NCBI GenBank assembly: GCA_027490985.1
Contig: JAIXXC010000153.1
Coordinates: 20,592-84,591, forward strand
Direction of reading: 5' to 3'
DNA length: 64,000 bases
Origin: Verrucomicrobiales bacterium
GTDB taxonomy: Bacteria > Verrucomicrobiota > Verrucomicrobiia > Limisphaerales > UBA9464
Shown: one piece after another, positions 20,958 to 30,845 of the stretch
Layout of the letters: every line of letters starts with the position of its first letter
Numbering within the stretch: position 1 is the stretch's first letter
Position numbers and translations under genes: made by a program
The notes under the pieces: generated by a model
What the model was told of the DNA's origin: nothing
Database searches by the model: none
What the model saw: the letters and a program-made list of their open reading frames with translations, nothing else

Positions 20958-22184
20958 ATGTTCGTCGATGAGGTCAAGGTCTTCGCCCGTGCCGGCCACG
21001 GAGGCAAGGGTGCCATCGCCTTCCACCGGGAGGCCTACATCCCCAAAGGCGGCCCCAGCGGCGGCAATGGCGGTCGGGGCGGCGACGTGATTCTGGAGGC
21101 CGACCACGACCTCAACAATCTGATCCAGCAATTTTTCGTGTCCAACCTGCTGGCCGAGAATGGCCAGGGCGGGATGGGCAAGGGCATGGATGGCAAGGCC
21201 GGCAAAGACCTGATCATCAAAGTGCCCTGCGGAACGATCGTCTGGCGTGTGCATCGCGAGCCGGAGTTGCCCGAAGGGGTCACCGAATCCGAGGAGCCCG
21301 AAGATCCGACGCTCATCCCGGCTGCGGGCGCCGACCGTCCGGTCATCCGCAATTCCGGCGGCGTCCAAGCCATGGAACTGGACCTCAGCGCCGAAGAGGT
21401 CGAAGACACCCGGAGCGGGTCCCAACGCCGCGATGCTCAAAAGGGCGAGCGGGTGTGCGACCTCACCGAGCACGGACAACGCTTCGTTCTCTGCAAGGGC
21501 GGGCGTGGCGGACTCGGCAACCGCAATTTCGCCACCGCGGCACGCCAGACCCCGCGATTCGCGCAACCCGGTGAGCCGGGCGACGAAGGGGATTTCCTCC
21601 TCGAACTGCGCATGCTCGCCGAGGTCGGTCTGGTGGGCTATCCGAATGCCGGCAAATCGACCCTGCTGACCTCGATCTCCAAGGCCCGCCCCAAGATCGC
21701 CGCCTACCCGTTCACCACGCTGACCCCGCAGGTGGGCATCGTGGAATACCCGGAAGACTACTTCCGGCTCACGGTCTGCGACGTGCCGGGTCTCATCGCC
21801 GGAGCGCATCGGAATGTCGGTCTGGGGCACGCCTTCCTGCGCCACATCGCCCGGTGCAGAATCCTCGTCATCCTGCTCGACATGGCCGGGACCGACAACC
21901 GGCACCCGTGGGACGACTACCACAGTCTGCTGGAGGAACTCGAACTCTACGATCCCACCCTCTTGGAACGCCCCCGTCTGGTGGTGGCCAACAAGATGGA
22001 CGAAGAGCCCGCCGAAGCGAACCTCAAGTCCTTCAAGCGCCGCGTGCGCAAGACCCCGGTGCTCCCCATTTCGGCGGCCTTCGACGAAGGCATCCCCGCT
22101 TTCCGGAAGACCATCCGGCAGATGGTGGAAGAAGCCGGCGGTGCTGACGAAACTCCCGGATCGGATACCGACTCGGGCGACTGA
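20958..22184 (+). CDS. obg: GTPase Obg/CgtA (with a roughly 70-aa acidic insertion in the Obg fold)
   Basis: MFVDEVKVFARAGHGGKGAIAFHRE, glycine-rich GGPSGGNGGRGGDV and KGGRGGLGN. G domain: GYPNAGKSTLL, DVPGLI, NKMD. Confidence 0.9.
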   Translation: MFVDEVKVFARAGHGGKGAIAFHREAYIPKGGPSGGNGGRGGDVILEADHDLNNLIQQFFVSNLLAENGQGGMGKGMDGKAGKDLIIKVPCGTIVWRVHREPELPEGVTESEEPEDPTLIPAAGADRPVIRNSGGVQAMELDLSAEEVEDTRSGSQRRDAQKGERVCDLTEHGQRFVLCKGGRGGLGNRNFATAARQTPRFAQPGEPGDEGDFLLELRMLAEVGLVGYPNAGKSTLLTSISKARPKIAAYPFTTLTPQVGIVEYPEDYFRLTVCDVPGLIAGAHRNVGLGHAFLRHIARCRILVILLDMAGTDNRHPWDDYHSLLEELELYDPTLLERPRLVVANKMDEEPAEANLKSFKRRVRKTPVLPISAAFDEGIPAFRKTIRQMVEEAGGADETPGSDTDSGD

Positions 22185-22279
22185 CCCCGGGGGCCCGGGT
22201 GTGGCTCCTGTCATGGCTCCTGTTGCGGCTCCTTTTGCGGCTTGGTGACGGGGCGCCCCTGACGTACAAGACCGGCGGC

Positions 22280-23011
22280 ATGCCCCGACTCGTCTTCGAC
22301 ATCGAAACCTCCGCCGTCGGACTCGAACACTTCGACGACGTCCAACAGGAGTACCTGTTCCGGGAGGCCGAGCGTCAGCCGACCGAAGACGACAAGGCCC
22401 GCAAACGCGCCGAGATTTCGCAGCAGTTCAGCCTCTGGCCCTTCACCGCGCAGGTGGTGTGCATCGCGATGATCAACGCCGACTCCGGCAAGGGGCAGGT
22501 CCTCTACCAGTCCGACGACTTCGACGAAGAGGCGCTGGAATCGGCCGATACCGAGGGTTCCGTGGAGTTCGCTCCCCAGGTCGACGAGGTCGAACTCCTG
22601 ACCGCTTTCTGGGATGTCGCCAAACGCTATGACAGCATCGTGACCTTCAACGGGCGCGGCTTCGACGTGCCCTTCCTCTACCTGCGCTCGGCGCTGCTCA
22701 ATGTGCCCATCACGCGCAAGGACTGGCTGGGCTACCGCTACCAGACCGAGCCCCACTGCGACCTGGCCGAACAGTTCACCTTCTACAACGTCAGCGGCCG
22801 CGAAGGAGCCGCCCGCAAGTTCAACCTCGATTTCTACTGCAAGGCCTTCGGGATCCCCTCGCCCAAGGCCATGGGCATCTCGGGCATGGATGTCGGCTCA
22901 CTCCTGGCCGAGGGGCGCCACCGCGACATCGCCGAATACTGCCTGCGCGATGTCGTGGCCACGGTCGAACTGCACAAGGTCTGGGAAGAACGCCTCAAGG
23001 GCATCAAGTAG
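22280..23011 (+). CDS. Predicted 3'-5' exonuclease, RNase H-like fold (PolB-exonuclease-related family)
   Basis: MPRLVFDIETS (ExoI DxE), TFNGRGFDVPFL (ExoII) and HCDL...YCLRDV (ExoIII-like). Trimmed to the ATG at 22280. Confidence 0.7.
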   Translation: MPRLVFDIETSAVGLEHFDDVQQEYLFREAERQPTEDDKARKRAEISQQFSLWPFTAQVVCIAMINADSGKGQVLYQSDDFDEEALESADTEGSVEFAPQVDEVELLTAFWDVAKRYDSIVTFNGRGFDVPFLYLRSALLNVPITRKDWLGYRYQTEPHCDLAEQFTFYNVSGREGAARKFNLDFYCKAFGIPSPKAMGISGMDVGSLLAEGRHRDIAEYCLRDVVATVELHKVWEERLKGIK

Positions 23012-23092
23012 ACCGCCCCCGTCCCCACCCGTCCCGGGTTCGACCACCCGGGTGTTTTTGACTTCACCGCGCTCCCCCATACCCTCAAGCCC

Positions 23093-24421
23093 ATGCATAT
23101 CGTCCGTGCCTCGGATGCCGACCATGATGCGCGCCTGAATCAGGCCGCCGCCGCTTCGTCCCTCTTCGATCCCGTCATCGAGGAACGCACCCGGGCCATC
23201 ATCGAGGCGGTCCGCACCCGCGGAGACGCCGCCCTGGTCGAATTCACCCAACGCTTCGACGGAGCCACTCTCACGCCCGAGCAGATCCCGGTGACCCAGG
23301 CCGAACGGATGCAGGCCTCGCTGAAAGCCGGCCCCGAGTTGCGGACCGCGGTCACCGAATCGGCCAAGAACATCGCGGCGTTCTCGAAGCGGTCGCGCCG
23401 CCGGGACTGGTCGGCCAAGAACTCCCACGGAGCCCAGGTCGGCGAGGTGTTCCAACCGTTCCAACGGGTCGGGGTGTACATCCCGGGCGGCACGGCGCCG
23501 TTGGTGTCCACCGCGCTGATGACCATCACGCTGGCCAAGGTGGCCGGATGCCCGGAGATCGTGGTCTGCACCCCGTGCGGCAAAGACGGCACGATCAATC
23601 CCGCGCTGCTCTTCGCCGCCAATGTCGCCGGGGCCACCGAGATCCACCGCGTCGGCGGCTCCCAGGCGATCGCCGCGATGGTCCACGGCACCGAGACCAT
23701 CCGGCCGGTCCACAAGGTCTTCGGCCCGGGCAACGCCTACGTCGTGGCGGCCAAACGCCTGCTCTTCGGTCATGTCTCGGTCGATCTGCTGCCCGGGCCC
23801 AGCGAGACTCTGGTGCTGGCCGACGACACGGCCGACCCCCGCTTCATCGCGGCCGACCTGCTGGCCCAGGCCGAGCATGGCTCCGGCCACGAGCGGGTCT
23901 GGATGGTCACCACCTCGGCCACCCAGCTGAAGGCCGTGGAAAAGGAGATCGCGCGCCAATTGCCCTCGCTCAATCGGCGGGAATTCATCCAGAAGGTGCT
24001 CGAGGCCAACACCTGGTTGATCCAGGTGGGCGACCTCGATGCCGCCGTGGCGCTGGTGAACCGACTGGCTCCGGAACACTGCGAGATCATGACCCGCAAT
24101 CCCCGGGCCCTGGTGCCGCGGATCCATGCCGCCGGAGCCATCTTCCTCGGACAGGGCTCGCCCACAGTCCTGGGCGACTACGTGGCCGGCCCCAGCCACG
24201 TGCTGCCCACCGGCGGCGCCGGCCGCAGCTTCGCCGGCCTGACCGTCGACCAATTCCAACGCCGCACCAGCGTCGTCGAATACTCCAAGCCGGCCCTGCG
24301 CAAGGCGCTCAAGGGGGTCGAGGCATTCGCCGGGCTCGAGGGCCTCGATGGCCACGGCCGCTCGGCCGCCATCCGGCTCGAATCCTCACCCGGACCCGCG
24401 AAGACCGGGAAAAAACACTGA
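23093..24421 (+). CDS. hisD: Histidinol dehydrogenase
   Basis: 442 aa with [38 protein letters not shown] and [15 protein letters not shown]. Confidence 0.92.
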   Translation: MHIVRASDADHDARLNQAAAASSLFDPVIEERTRAIIEAVRTRGDAALVEFTQRFDGATLTPEQIPVTQAERMQASLKAGPELRTAVTESAKNIAAFSKRSRRRDWSAKNSHGAQVGEVFQPFQRVGVYIPGGTAPLVSTALMTITLAKVAGCPEIVVCTPCGKDGTINPALLFAANVAGATEIHRVGGSQAIAAMVHGTETIRPVHKVFGPGNAYVVAAKRLLFGHVSVDLLPGPSETLVLADDTADPRFIAADLLAQAEHGSGHERVWMVTTSATQLKAVEKEIARQLPSLNRREFIQKVLEANTWLIQVGDLDAAVALVNRLAPEHCEIMTRNPRALVPRIHAAGAIFLGQGSPTVLGDYVAGPSHVLPTGGAGRSFAGLTVDQFQRRTSVVEYSKPALRKALKGVEAFAGLEGLDGHGRSAAIRLESSPGPAKTGKKH

Positions 24422-24519
24422 CCGAGACCGCCGCCGGTGACCGAGGCCGGCGTACCACGGCCCCGGGCCCGGATCTTGGATCCACGGTCTTGGGTCCACC
24501 TTGTTCAGGAGCCTCCAGT

Positions 24520-25326
24520 ATGTTTCCCTCTCCCGCGATGAAACCCTCGTGTTCCTCGACTTCACGCGGCCTCATGCTGGGCCTGGCCCTGCTGGCCGCC
24601 GGTTGCGTGACCGAACCGGTCACCGGCCGGAAACAGTTCATGGTGACCGGGGCCAGTCAGGAGATCTCCCTCGGACTGAGCGCCTTCGAGTCGCTCAAGA
24701 AGGAGACCCCGATCAGCAAGAACGCCGCCCAGCAGGCGCTGCTGGAAAAGGTGGGCCGCAGGATCGCCGCCGTCGCCGAGATGCCCAACGCCCAGTGGGA
24801 ATTCGTGCTGTTCGAAAGCCCCCAGGCCAATGCGTTCTGCCTGCCCGGCGGCAAGGTGGGGGTCTACACGGGCATCCTGCCCATCACGAAAGACGAATCG
24901 GGGTTGGCCACCGTGATCGGTCACGAGGTGGCCCATGCCTTGGCCCGCCATGGGGGCGAGCGCATGAGCGTGGCCAAGGGCATCGAGCTGGCCAGGATCC
25001 TCGGCGGCACGGCCATGTCGCAAAGCGAATACGGCCCGTACTTCCAGCAGCTCTACGCGCCGGTCTCCCAGGTCGGGGTGGCCCTGCCCCACAGCCGGAC
25101 GCAGGAGAGCTCCGCCGACGAGATCGGGCTCATCCTGATGGCCCGCGCCGGCTATGATCCGAAGCAGGCCGTCGGTTTCTGGGAACGGTTCGCCGCCCAC
25201 AACCAGACGGCCGGTTCCCAGACGCCCTGGTTCCTGCGGACCCATCCTCTGGACCAGCAGCGGATCGCCAAGATCCAGCAACTGCTCCCCAAGGCGCAGG
25301 CCGAGTTCCGTCCCGCCACACCCTGA
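24520..25326 (+). CDS. M48-family zinc metallopeptidase, lipoprotein
   Basis: This is the in-frame distal part of track ORF 23548..25326. Lipobox LLAAGC, HEVAHALARH (HExxH), and SRTQESSADEIG downstream. Confidence 0.8.
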   Translation: MFPSPAMKPSCSSTSRGLMLGLALLAAGCVTEPVTGRKQFMVTGASQEISLGLSAFESLKKETPISKNAAQQALLEKVGRRIAAVAEMPNAQWEFVLFESPQANAFCLPGGKVGVYTGILPITKDESGLATVIGHEVAHALARHGGERMSVAKGIELARILGGTAMSQSEYGPYFQQLYAPVSQVGVALPHSRTQESSADEIGLILMARAGYDPKQAVGFWERFAAHNQTAGSQTPWFLRTHPLDQQRIAKIQQLLPKAQAEFRPATP

Positions 25327-25331
25327 TTTGC

Positions 25332-26006
25332 ATGAAGCCCCCCATGACGCGTTTGACGACCCCGCTGCTGGCCCTCGTGGCCTTGAGCATCACCTCCGGC
25401 TGCGGCTCTTCCGGTTCCAAGGCCAAGGCCCGGATGATCGCACCGCAGGGTGACGAGGCCGTGGTCACCTCGACCGGTCTGCCGTACCGACCCACGGCTC
25501 CGGTGTACCCGGTCGATCCGCCGGCGGGCTTCCGTCCGGAACCCACCCCGCCGGCTCCGCTGAGCTCCGCGCCGGGGTTCAAGCCAGCCCCCCTGCTGCT
25601 GGCTTCGCCCCTGCGCCCGTACCGCGAACCCAAGGCCACCAACGACTGGGTGAGCGCCGCCAAGGGCTGGCGGGGCACCCCGTTCCGCGAAGCGGGATCC
25701 GACCGTCAGGGCGCCGACAGCGCGGGCTATGTGGTGCAGCTCCACAAGGAAGTCTCTTCGGCCGCCGTTCCTCCGACCCCGGCCGAGATGTGGACCTCGG
25801 GCAAGCCCGTGGGCATCGCCGCCTTCGAACCCGGTGACATCGTGTTCTTCGGCGATTTGAACTCCCTGTCGCCCATCCACGTGGGCGTGTATGTGGGAGA
25901 CCGCTCGTTCACCCACAGCAGCGTGGGCGTCGGCGTCTCGTTCGCCTCGCTCGACGACACCTACTGGAAGCCCCGCTTCCTGGGGGCCCGCCGACCCGGG
26001 CGCTGA
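25332..26006 (+). CDS. NlpC/P60-like lipoprotein (the catalytic Cys position reads Ser)
   Basis: Lipobox SITSGC and a Pro-rich linker. WRGTPFREAGSDRQGADSAGYV aligns to the canonical GxDCSGxV block. It is followed by PGDIVFFG...IHVGVYVGDRSFTHSS. Confidence 0.7.
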   Translation: MKPPMTRLTTPLLALVALSITSGCGSSGSKAKARMIAPQGDEAVVTSTGLPYRPTAPVYPVDPPAGFRPEPTPPAPLSSAPGFKPAPLLLASPLRPYREPKATNDWVSAAKGWRGTPFREAGSDRQGADSAGYVVQLHKEVSSAAVPPTPAEMWTSGKPVGIAAFEPGDIVFFGDLNSLSPIHVGVYVGDRSFTHSSVGVGVSFASLDDTYWKPRFLGARRPGR

Positions 26007-26053
26007 GCGCCTGTTTGGCGGAGGCCCGGCGGGAACCCGACCGGGTCATCGGG

Positions 26054-28009
26054 TCATCGGGGCAGCGCCTCGGGCAGGTCGGCGATGGCATAGACCATGG
26101 CCGCCATGGCCGCCGAGCACCGGGCCAGGGCTTCGGGGTCGACCTTGTCCACCGTATCGGCCTCGGTGTGGTGGACCCGGAAATACCGGGCCCGGTCCAC
26201 GTGCAGGGACATCACCGGAACACCCCGCTCCAGCAGCGGCCCGGTGTCGGCGGCCGATCCCCGGGAATCGGCCGGCCCCATCCCCAGTCGATCGGCCAGA
26301 TACGCGTGCACCGGAGCCAGCACCGCCCGGGCTCCATCGCTGCCGGTGAATCCGAACCCCCGGGGGGTGAACGTGCCCTCGTCGGCCTCCAACGCCACGA
26401 CGTGGCGCGCCAACTCGGAAGCATGCGCATCCCGATAACCCTGCGCGCCGCGACCGCCCCACTCCTCATGGGTCCAGAGCACGCAGCGCACGGTGCGCCG
26501 CGGCCGGAGGCCGAGCTTGGCCATCCAGCGCAGGGCTTCCCAAGCGGCCACACACCCGCCGCCATCATCCTGCGCCCCTTGTCCGACGTCCCAGGAATCG
26601 ATGTGTCCGCCGAGGACCACCACCTCGTCGGGGTGTTCGCGGCCCCGGATCTCGCCGATCACATTCCGGTTGGTCACCCCGCCCCGCTCCGACGCCGCCA
26701 TCTCCAGTCGCAGGGTGACCGGGTGACCCCGACCCACCTCGCGGGCGATGCGGGCCACGTCCTCCGGCGCCAGGGCCGCATGGGGGATGCGAGGCACCCC
26801 GTCTTCATAGCGCATGACGCCGGTATGGGGCGTGCGCAACGAGTCATCGGCCACCGAACGGATGAGGCTCGCGACCGCGCCCGCCTTGGCCGCCTCGATC
26901 GCACCCTGGGTCCGGAACCGGACCGTCTGGCCGTATTCCGTGAAGGGCGCGTTGAAGACCACGATGCGACCCCGGGCCTCGGAGGCCCGTCGGGTCAATT
27001 CGGCGAAGTCGTTCACCACGCAGACCGGGGCGGTGATGCCGCCGGGCGGCGTGGCCACACTGCCGCCCAGGCCCAGCATCGGCAGGCGTTCGCGGCGGGG
27101 AGTCAGCATCTCGACCGATTCGGTCCCGCGTTCCCATCGGGGCACGACCACCGGTTCGCCACGGACATTCTCCAGTCCATCGCGACGCATGCGCTCCAGG
27201 ATCCAGTCGACCGCCGATTCCAACGCCGGGGACCCACTCGGCCGGGCTCCGAAGGTGTCGCACAGTTCGGCCAGGCGATCCCAACCTTCATGGGAGGCCG
27301 TCATGGCCGAGACCAGACGATCCATCGCCGCGCGGGTCTCGGGAGGCAGCGAAGCCTGGACCGGCGCCTTCGGCGGGACCAACGAACGCCAGCGCAGATT
27401 CCGCAGGGCCGCCGTGGTGCTCCAAGAGGCCACCCCGAGGGGCTTGCTGCGCTCGATCTCGCCCTCGCGCAACGACAGGCGCTTGCCCCGGGTGTCGAGG
27501 TCGATGATCTGCTTGCCGTCGAGCCACACCGCCACGTTGGTGCTCACCACGCGCAACTTCAGTCCATACCATCGCCCGCTCTCGAAACGCTCGAGATGCG
27601 TGGTGCTGTTGCTGTTGGCCGAGTCGCCATCGATGTTGGAGAGCCCCACCACGCTGCCGCCCCAACCGCCGACGATGAGCGAGAGATGGTTGGTGCCCAC
27701 CGGAAAGGTCAGGCCGCAGAAGAAATCGATGCCCAACACGCGCTGGGCCTCCAGCGAGAGCTCGTAATCCAGGGTCGGGAAGTCGTTGGTCCAGTTCACT
27801 CCGGTCAGGATGCCCTGGTTCAACACCAGCGTGCCGTCGCGGACCTCCACCTCACCGGCACCGGCGAAGGGGGTGTTGGCCCAACCCGCCTGGGTCTTGC
27901 CGTCGAAGAGCGGCGTCCAGGATTCCTGGGCCGCCTGCAAGGCGCACGCCAGCCACCCGCCCAACATCAATCCACCCCATGCCAGAACTCGCCCCTTCCC
28001 GTGGTTCAT
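26054..28009 (-). CDS. Secreted two-domain protein: N-terminal DUF1080/LamG-like domain plus C-terminal M28 zinc aminopeptidase
   Basis: Trimmed to the ATG at 28009 (MNHGKGRVLAWGGLMLGGWLACALQA). WTPLFDGKTQAGW...VRDGTLVL is DUF1080-like. HIDSWDVGQGAQDDGGGC and WTHEEWGGRG are M28 metal-ligand blocks. Confidence 0.8.
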   Translation of the reverse strand: MNHGKGRVLAWGGLMLGGWLACALQAAQESWTPLFDGKTQAGWANTPFAGAGEVEVRDGTLVLNQGILTGVNWTNDFPTLDYELSLEAQRVLGIDFFCGLTFPVGTNHLSLIVGGWGGSVVGLSNIDGDSANSNSTTHLERFESGRWYGLKLRVVSTNVAVWLDGKQIIDLDTRGKRLSLREGEIERSKPLGVASWSTTAALRNLRWRSLVPPKAPVQASLPPETRAAMDRLVSAMTASHEGWDRLAELCDTFGARPSGSPALESAVDWILERMRRDGLENVRGEPVVVPRWERGTESVEMLTPRRERLPMLGLGGSVATPPGGITAPVCVVNDFAELTRRASEARGRIVVFNAPFTEYGQTVRFRTQGAIEAAKAGAVASLIRSVADDSLRTPHTGVMRYEDGVPRIPHAALAPEDVARIAREVGRGHPVTLRLEMAASERGGVTNRNVIGEIRGREHPDEVVVLGGHIDSWDVGQGAQDDGGGCVAAWEALRWMAKLGLRPRRTVRCVLWTHEEWGGRGAQGYRDAHASELARHVVALEADEGTFTPRGFGFTGSDGARAVLAPVHAYLADRLGMGPADSRGSAADTGPLLERGVPVMSLHVDRARYFRVHHTEADTVDKVDPEALARCSAAMAAMVYAIADLPEALPR

Positions 28010-28080
28010 GCGCACACCATGCCCCGGGTCGTTGGCCGGCACAAAGCAGAAGGCGAGTCGCGGGCGGCGGCCCCGGATTC

Positions 28081-28110
28081 TGGACACAGGTTGTCTGGAC
28101 ACCGGTTGTC
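28081..28110. repeat. Two tandem 15-bp direct repeats (TGGACACAGGTTGTC / TGGACACCGGTTGTC) in a divergent promoter region
   Basis: Read directly; there is one mismatch. Each unit has GACA-N5-TGTC dyad symmetry. The repeats lie between the M28 start (28009, minus) and the U32 start (about 28149, plus). Confidence 0.6.
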
Positions 28111-28148
28111 TTCCCGGCGGAACTCCCGCCTGCTATCCTCGGGGCCTC

Positions 28149-30779
28149 GTGACCGAAACGGCTGCTCCCATCCCGCCCCGTCTGCCCGAACTGCTGGCCC
28201 CCGCCGGCGACTGGGACTGCGCCCGCGCGGCCGTGGAGAACGGGGCCGACGCCATCTACTTCGGGCTCGACCGCTTCAACGCCCGCATGCGGGCCCGCAA
28301 CTTCACCGAGGCGGATCTGCCGGCGTTGATGGAGTTCCTGCACCGACGCGGGGTCCGGGGCTATGTCACCTTCAACACGCTGGTGTTCACCGACGAACTG
28401 ACCGATGCCGAAGACTACTTGCGCTCGGTCATCGCCGCCGGGGTCGATGCCGCGATCGTGCAAGACGTGGGCATCTGCCGCCTGATCCGCAAGATCTCCC
28501 CCGACTTCCCCATCCACGGTTCCACCCAACTCACGGTCACCAGCCCGGCCGGCGTCGAATTCGCCCGATCGCTCGGCTGCGAGTTGGTGGTGCTGGCTCG
28601 TGAGAACTCGATCCGCGAGATCGAGGCCATCCAGTCGGCCCAACGCGATCAGGCCTCGGTCAGCGGATCACCGGCCCCGCTGCCCCTCGAGGTCTTCGTG
28701 CACGGGGCGCTGTGCGTGGCCTATTCGGGCCAGTGCCTGACGAGCGAATCCCTCGGCGGGCGCAGCGCCAATCGTGGCGAGTGCGCCCAGGCCTGCCGGA
28801 TGCCTTACGAACTGGTCTCCGACGGTCAGACCGTGGACCTGGGCGATCGACGCTACCTGCTCTCACCCCAGGACCTGTCGGGACTCGAGGTGCTGCCCGA
28901 CCTGGTGAAGGCCGGGGTGCGCTCGCTCAAGATCGAGGGGCGCCTCAAGTCGGCCGAATACGTGGCCAGCATCACCCGCGTCTATCGGCGGGCGCTGGAC
29001 CGCATCGCCGCCGCCGGATCAGGCAACGCATCGGCACCGGCCGAGTCCGGGACCGTCTCTTCCCCCGAGGCCCGCTACGAATTGGAAATGGCCTTCAGCC
29101 GCGGGCTCTACACGGGATGGTTCCGGGGCATCGACAACCAGGCGCTGGCCCATGCGCGGTTCGGCAAGAAGCGCGGGGTGTACCTCGGCGAGGTGTCGGC
29201 GGTGGGGCCCAACGCGGTCCGCCTGCGCCTGGAAGGACCGCTCAAGCCCGGTGACGGAGTCGGCTTCGACGCCGGGCGCCCCGATCTCCCGGAGGAAGGC
29301 GGCCGCATCTACGGTGTGAGGCCTTTGCGGGACGGATTCGTCGAATTGACCTTCGGCGCGGGGGCTGTGGACTTCAATCGGGTGCAGGCCGGACACCGGC
29401 TTTGGAAGACCGATGATCCGGAACTGAACCGGGACCTGCGCAAGACCTTCGAGGGCGATGCGCCCCGCCAGACCCGGCCGTTGCGCTTCGAAGTGCACGG
29501 CAGCGACGGAGCCCCGATGACCCTGATCGTGCGGGACAGCGAGGGCCATGTGGTGCAGGTCTCGTCGTCGATCGTGCTGGTGGTGGCCCAAAAGCGCCCC
29601 ATGACCGCCGAATCCCTCCGCGACTCCCTCGGGCGTCTGGGTGGCACGCCGTTCCATCTGGGCGAACTGGAGCTGCGACTGGAGGGGGCCCTGATCCTGC
29701 CGGTGAGTGAGCTCAACCGCCTGCGCCGCGAAGCCATCGCCCAGCTGGAGATCCTGCGGGCGGCCCCGCGTCGCTGGACATTGCTGTGCCCGACCTCGGG
29801 ATCCGGATCGGTGGAATCGGCCGCACGGGCCGACGTCGCCCCCACAGCCACGGCCGCCACCCCTGCGAATGGCTCGGCACCCAAGCCCGAACTGATCGTG
29901 CTCGTGCGTTCCTTGGCGCAATTGGACGCGGCCCTGCGCTGCGGTGTCGCCACGGTCTACTGCGACTTCGAGGATCCGAAGAAATACCGCGAAGCGGTGA
30001 CCACCTTCCACACGGCCCACGGTTGCTCGGTGATCCCGGGATCGCCCAAGCCCGAGATCTGGGTGGCACCGCCGCGGGTCTTCAAACCGGGCGAGGAGTG
30101 GATCCTCAAGCAGGTGCTCTCCAGCAACGCCGACGGCTACCTGGTCCGCAACCCGGAGCACTTGCGCTTCTTCGCCGGTCACCGCCGACGCGGGGATTTC
30201 TCACTCAACGTCGCCAACCCGTTGTCAGCCGGTTGGTTCATCACGCATCAGAACCTCGAGCGGGTCACCGTCAGCTACGACCTCAATGCCGAGCAGGTGA
30301 GCGCCCTGTTGCGCGCCGCTCCCCCCGAGTGGTTCGAACTGACGCTGCACCAGCACATGCCGCTCTTCCACATGGAGCATTGCGTGTTCTGCGCCTTCCT
30401 GTCGCAGGGCACCGATTACACCAACTGCGGCCGCCCGTGCGACCAGCATGTTGTGAAGCTCCGGGACCGCACCGGGGCCGAGCACCCGCTCAAGGCCGAC
30501 AGCGGCTGCCGCAACACGGTGTTCAACGCGCGGGCCCAGACCGGCGCCGAATCCCTGGGCCGATTCCTCGATCTCGGGGCGCGGGTCTTCCGCATCGAAT
30601 TCGTGGACGAAACGCCCGAGCAGGTGGCCACGGTGATCGGGCGCTATCGGGCCCTGTTGCGGGGCGAGATCACCGGTCAGGCGCTCTGGCAGGAACTCAA
30701 GCTCTCCAGCCAGTTGGGGGTCACGCGCGGTCAGTTCGAAACGACCGAGGCGCGGAAGGTGTTCCCCCGCGCCTCGTAG
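28149..30779 (+). CDS. U32-family peptidase (long form with C-terminal extension)
   Basis: LPELLAPAGDWDCARAAVENGADAIYFGL..FNAR is the typical U32 N-terminus, and E..VHGALCVAYSGQCL is the U32 signature. The start was assigned to the in-frame GTG at 28149. There is no ATG between the divergent gene and the conserved N-terminus, so the start is uncertain. Confidence 0.8.
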   Translation: MTETAAPIPPRLPELLAPAGDWDCARAAVENGADAIYFGLDRFNARMRARNFTEADLPALMEFLHRRGVRGYVTFNTLVFTDELTDAEDYLRSVIAAGVDAAIVQDVGICRLIRKISPDFPIHGSTQLTVTSPAGVEFARSLGCELVVLARENSIREIEAIQSAQRDQASVSGSPAPLPLEVFVHGALCVAYSGQCLTSESLGGRSANRGECAQACRMPYELVSDGQTVDLGDRRYLLSPQDLSGLEVLPDLVKAGVRSLKIEGRLKSAEYVASITRVYRRALDRIAAAGSGNASAPAESGTVSSPEARYELEMAFSRGLYTGWFRGIDNQALAHARFGKKRGVYLGEVSAVGPNAVRLRLEGPLKPGDGVGFDAGRPDLPEEGGRIYGVRPLRDGFVELTFGAGAVDFNRVQAGHRLWKTDDPELNRDLRKTFEGDAPRQTRPLRFEVHGSDGAPMTLIVRDSEGHVVQVSSSIVLVVAQKRPMTAESLRDSLGRLGGTPFHLGELELRLEGALILPVSELNRLRREAIAQLEILRAAPRRWTLLCPTSGSGSVESAARADVAPTATAATPANGSAPKPELIVLVRSLAQLDAALRCGVATVYCDFEDPKKYREAVTTFHTAHGCSVIPGSPKPEIWVAPPRVFKPGEEWILKQVLSSNADGYLVRNPEHLRFFAGHRRRGDFSLNVANPLSAGWFITHQNLERVTVSYDLNAEQVSALLRAAPPEWFELTLHQHMPLFHMEHCVFCAFLSQGTDYTNCGRPCDQHVVKLRDRTGAEHPLKADSGCRNTVFNARAQTGAESLGRFLDLGARVFRIEFVDETPEQVATVIGRYRALLRGEITGQALWQELKLSSQLGVTRGQFETTEARKVFPRAS

Positions 30780-30845
30780 CGACTGTCTGAAGACGGTGTG
30801 GGATCGGGTCCGGACGCACCGGCGCCTCGGATCCTGAAGCCCCGG

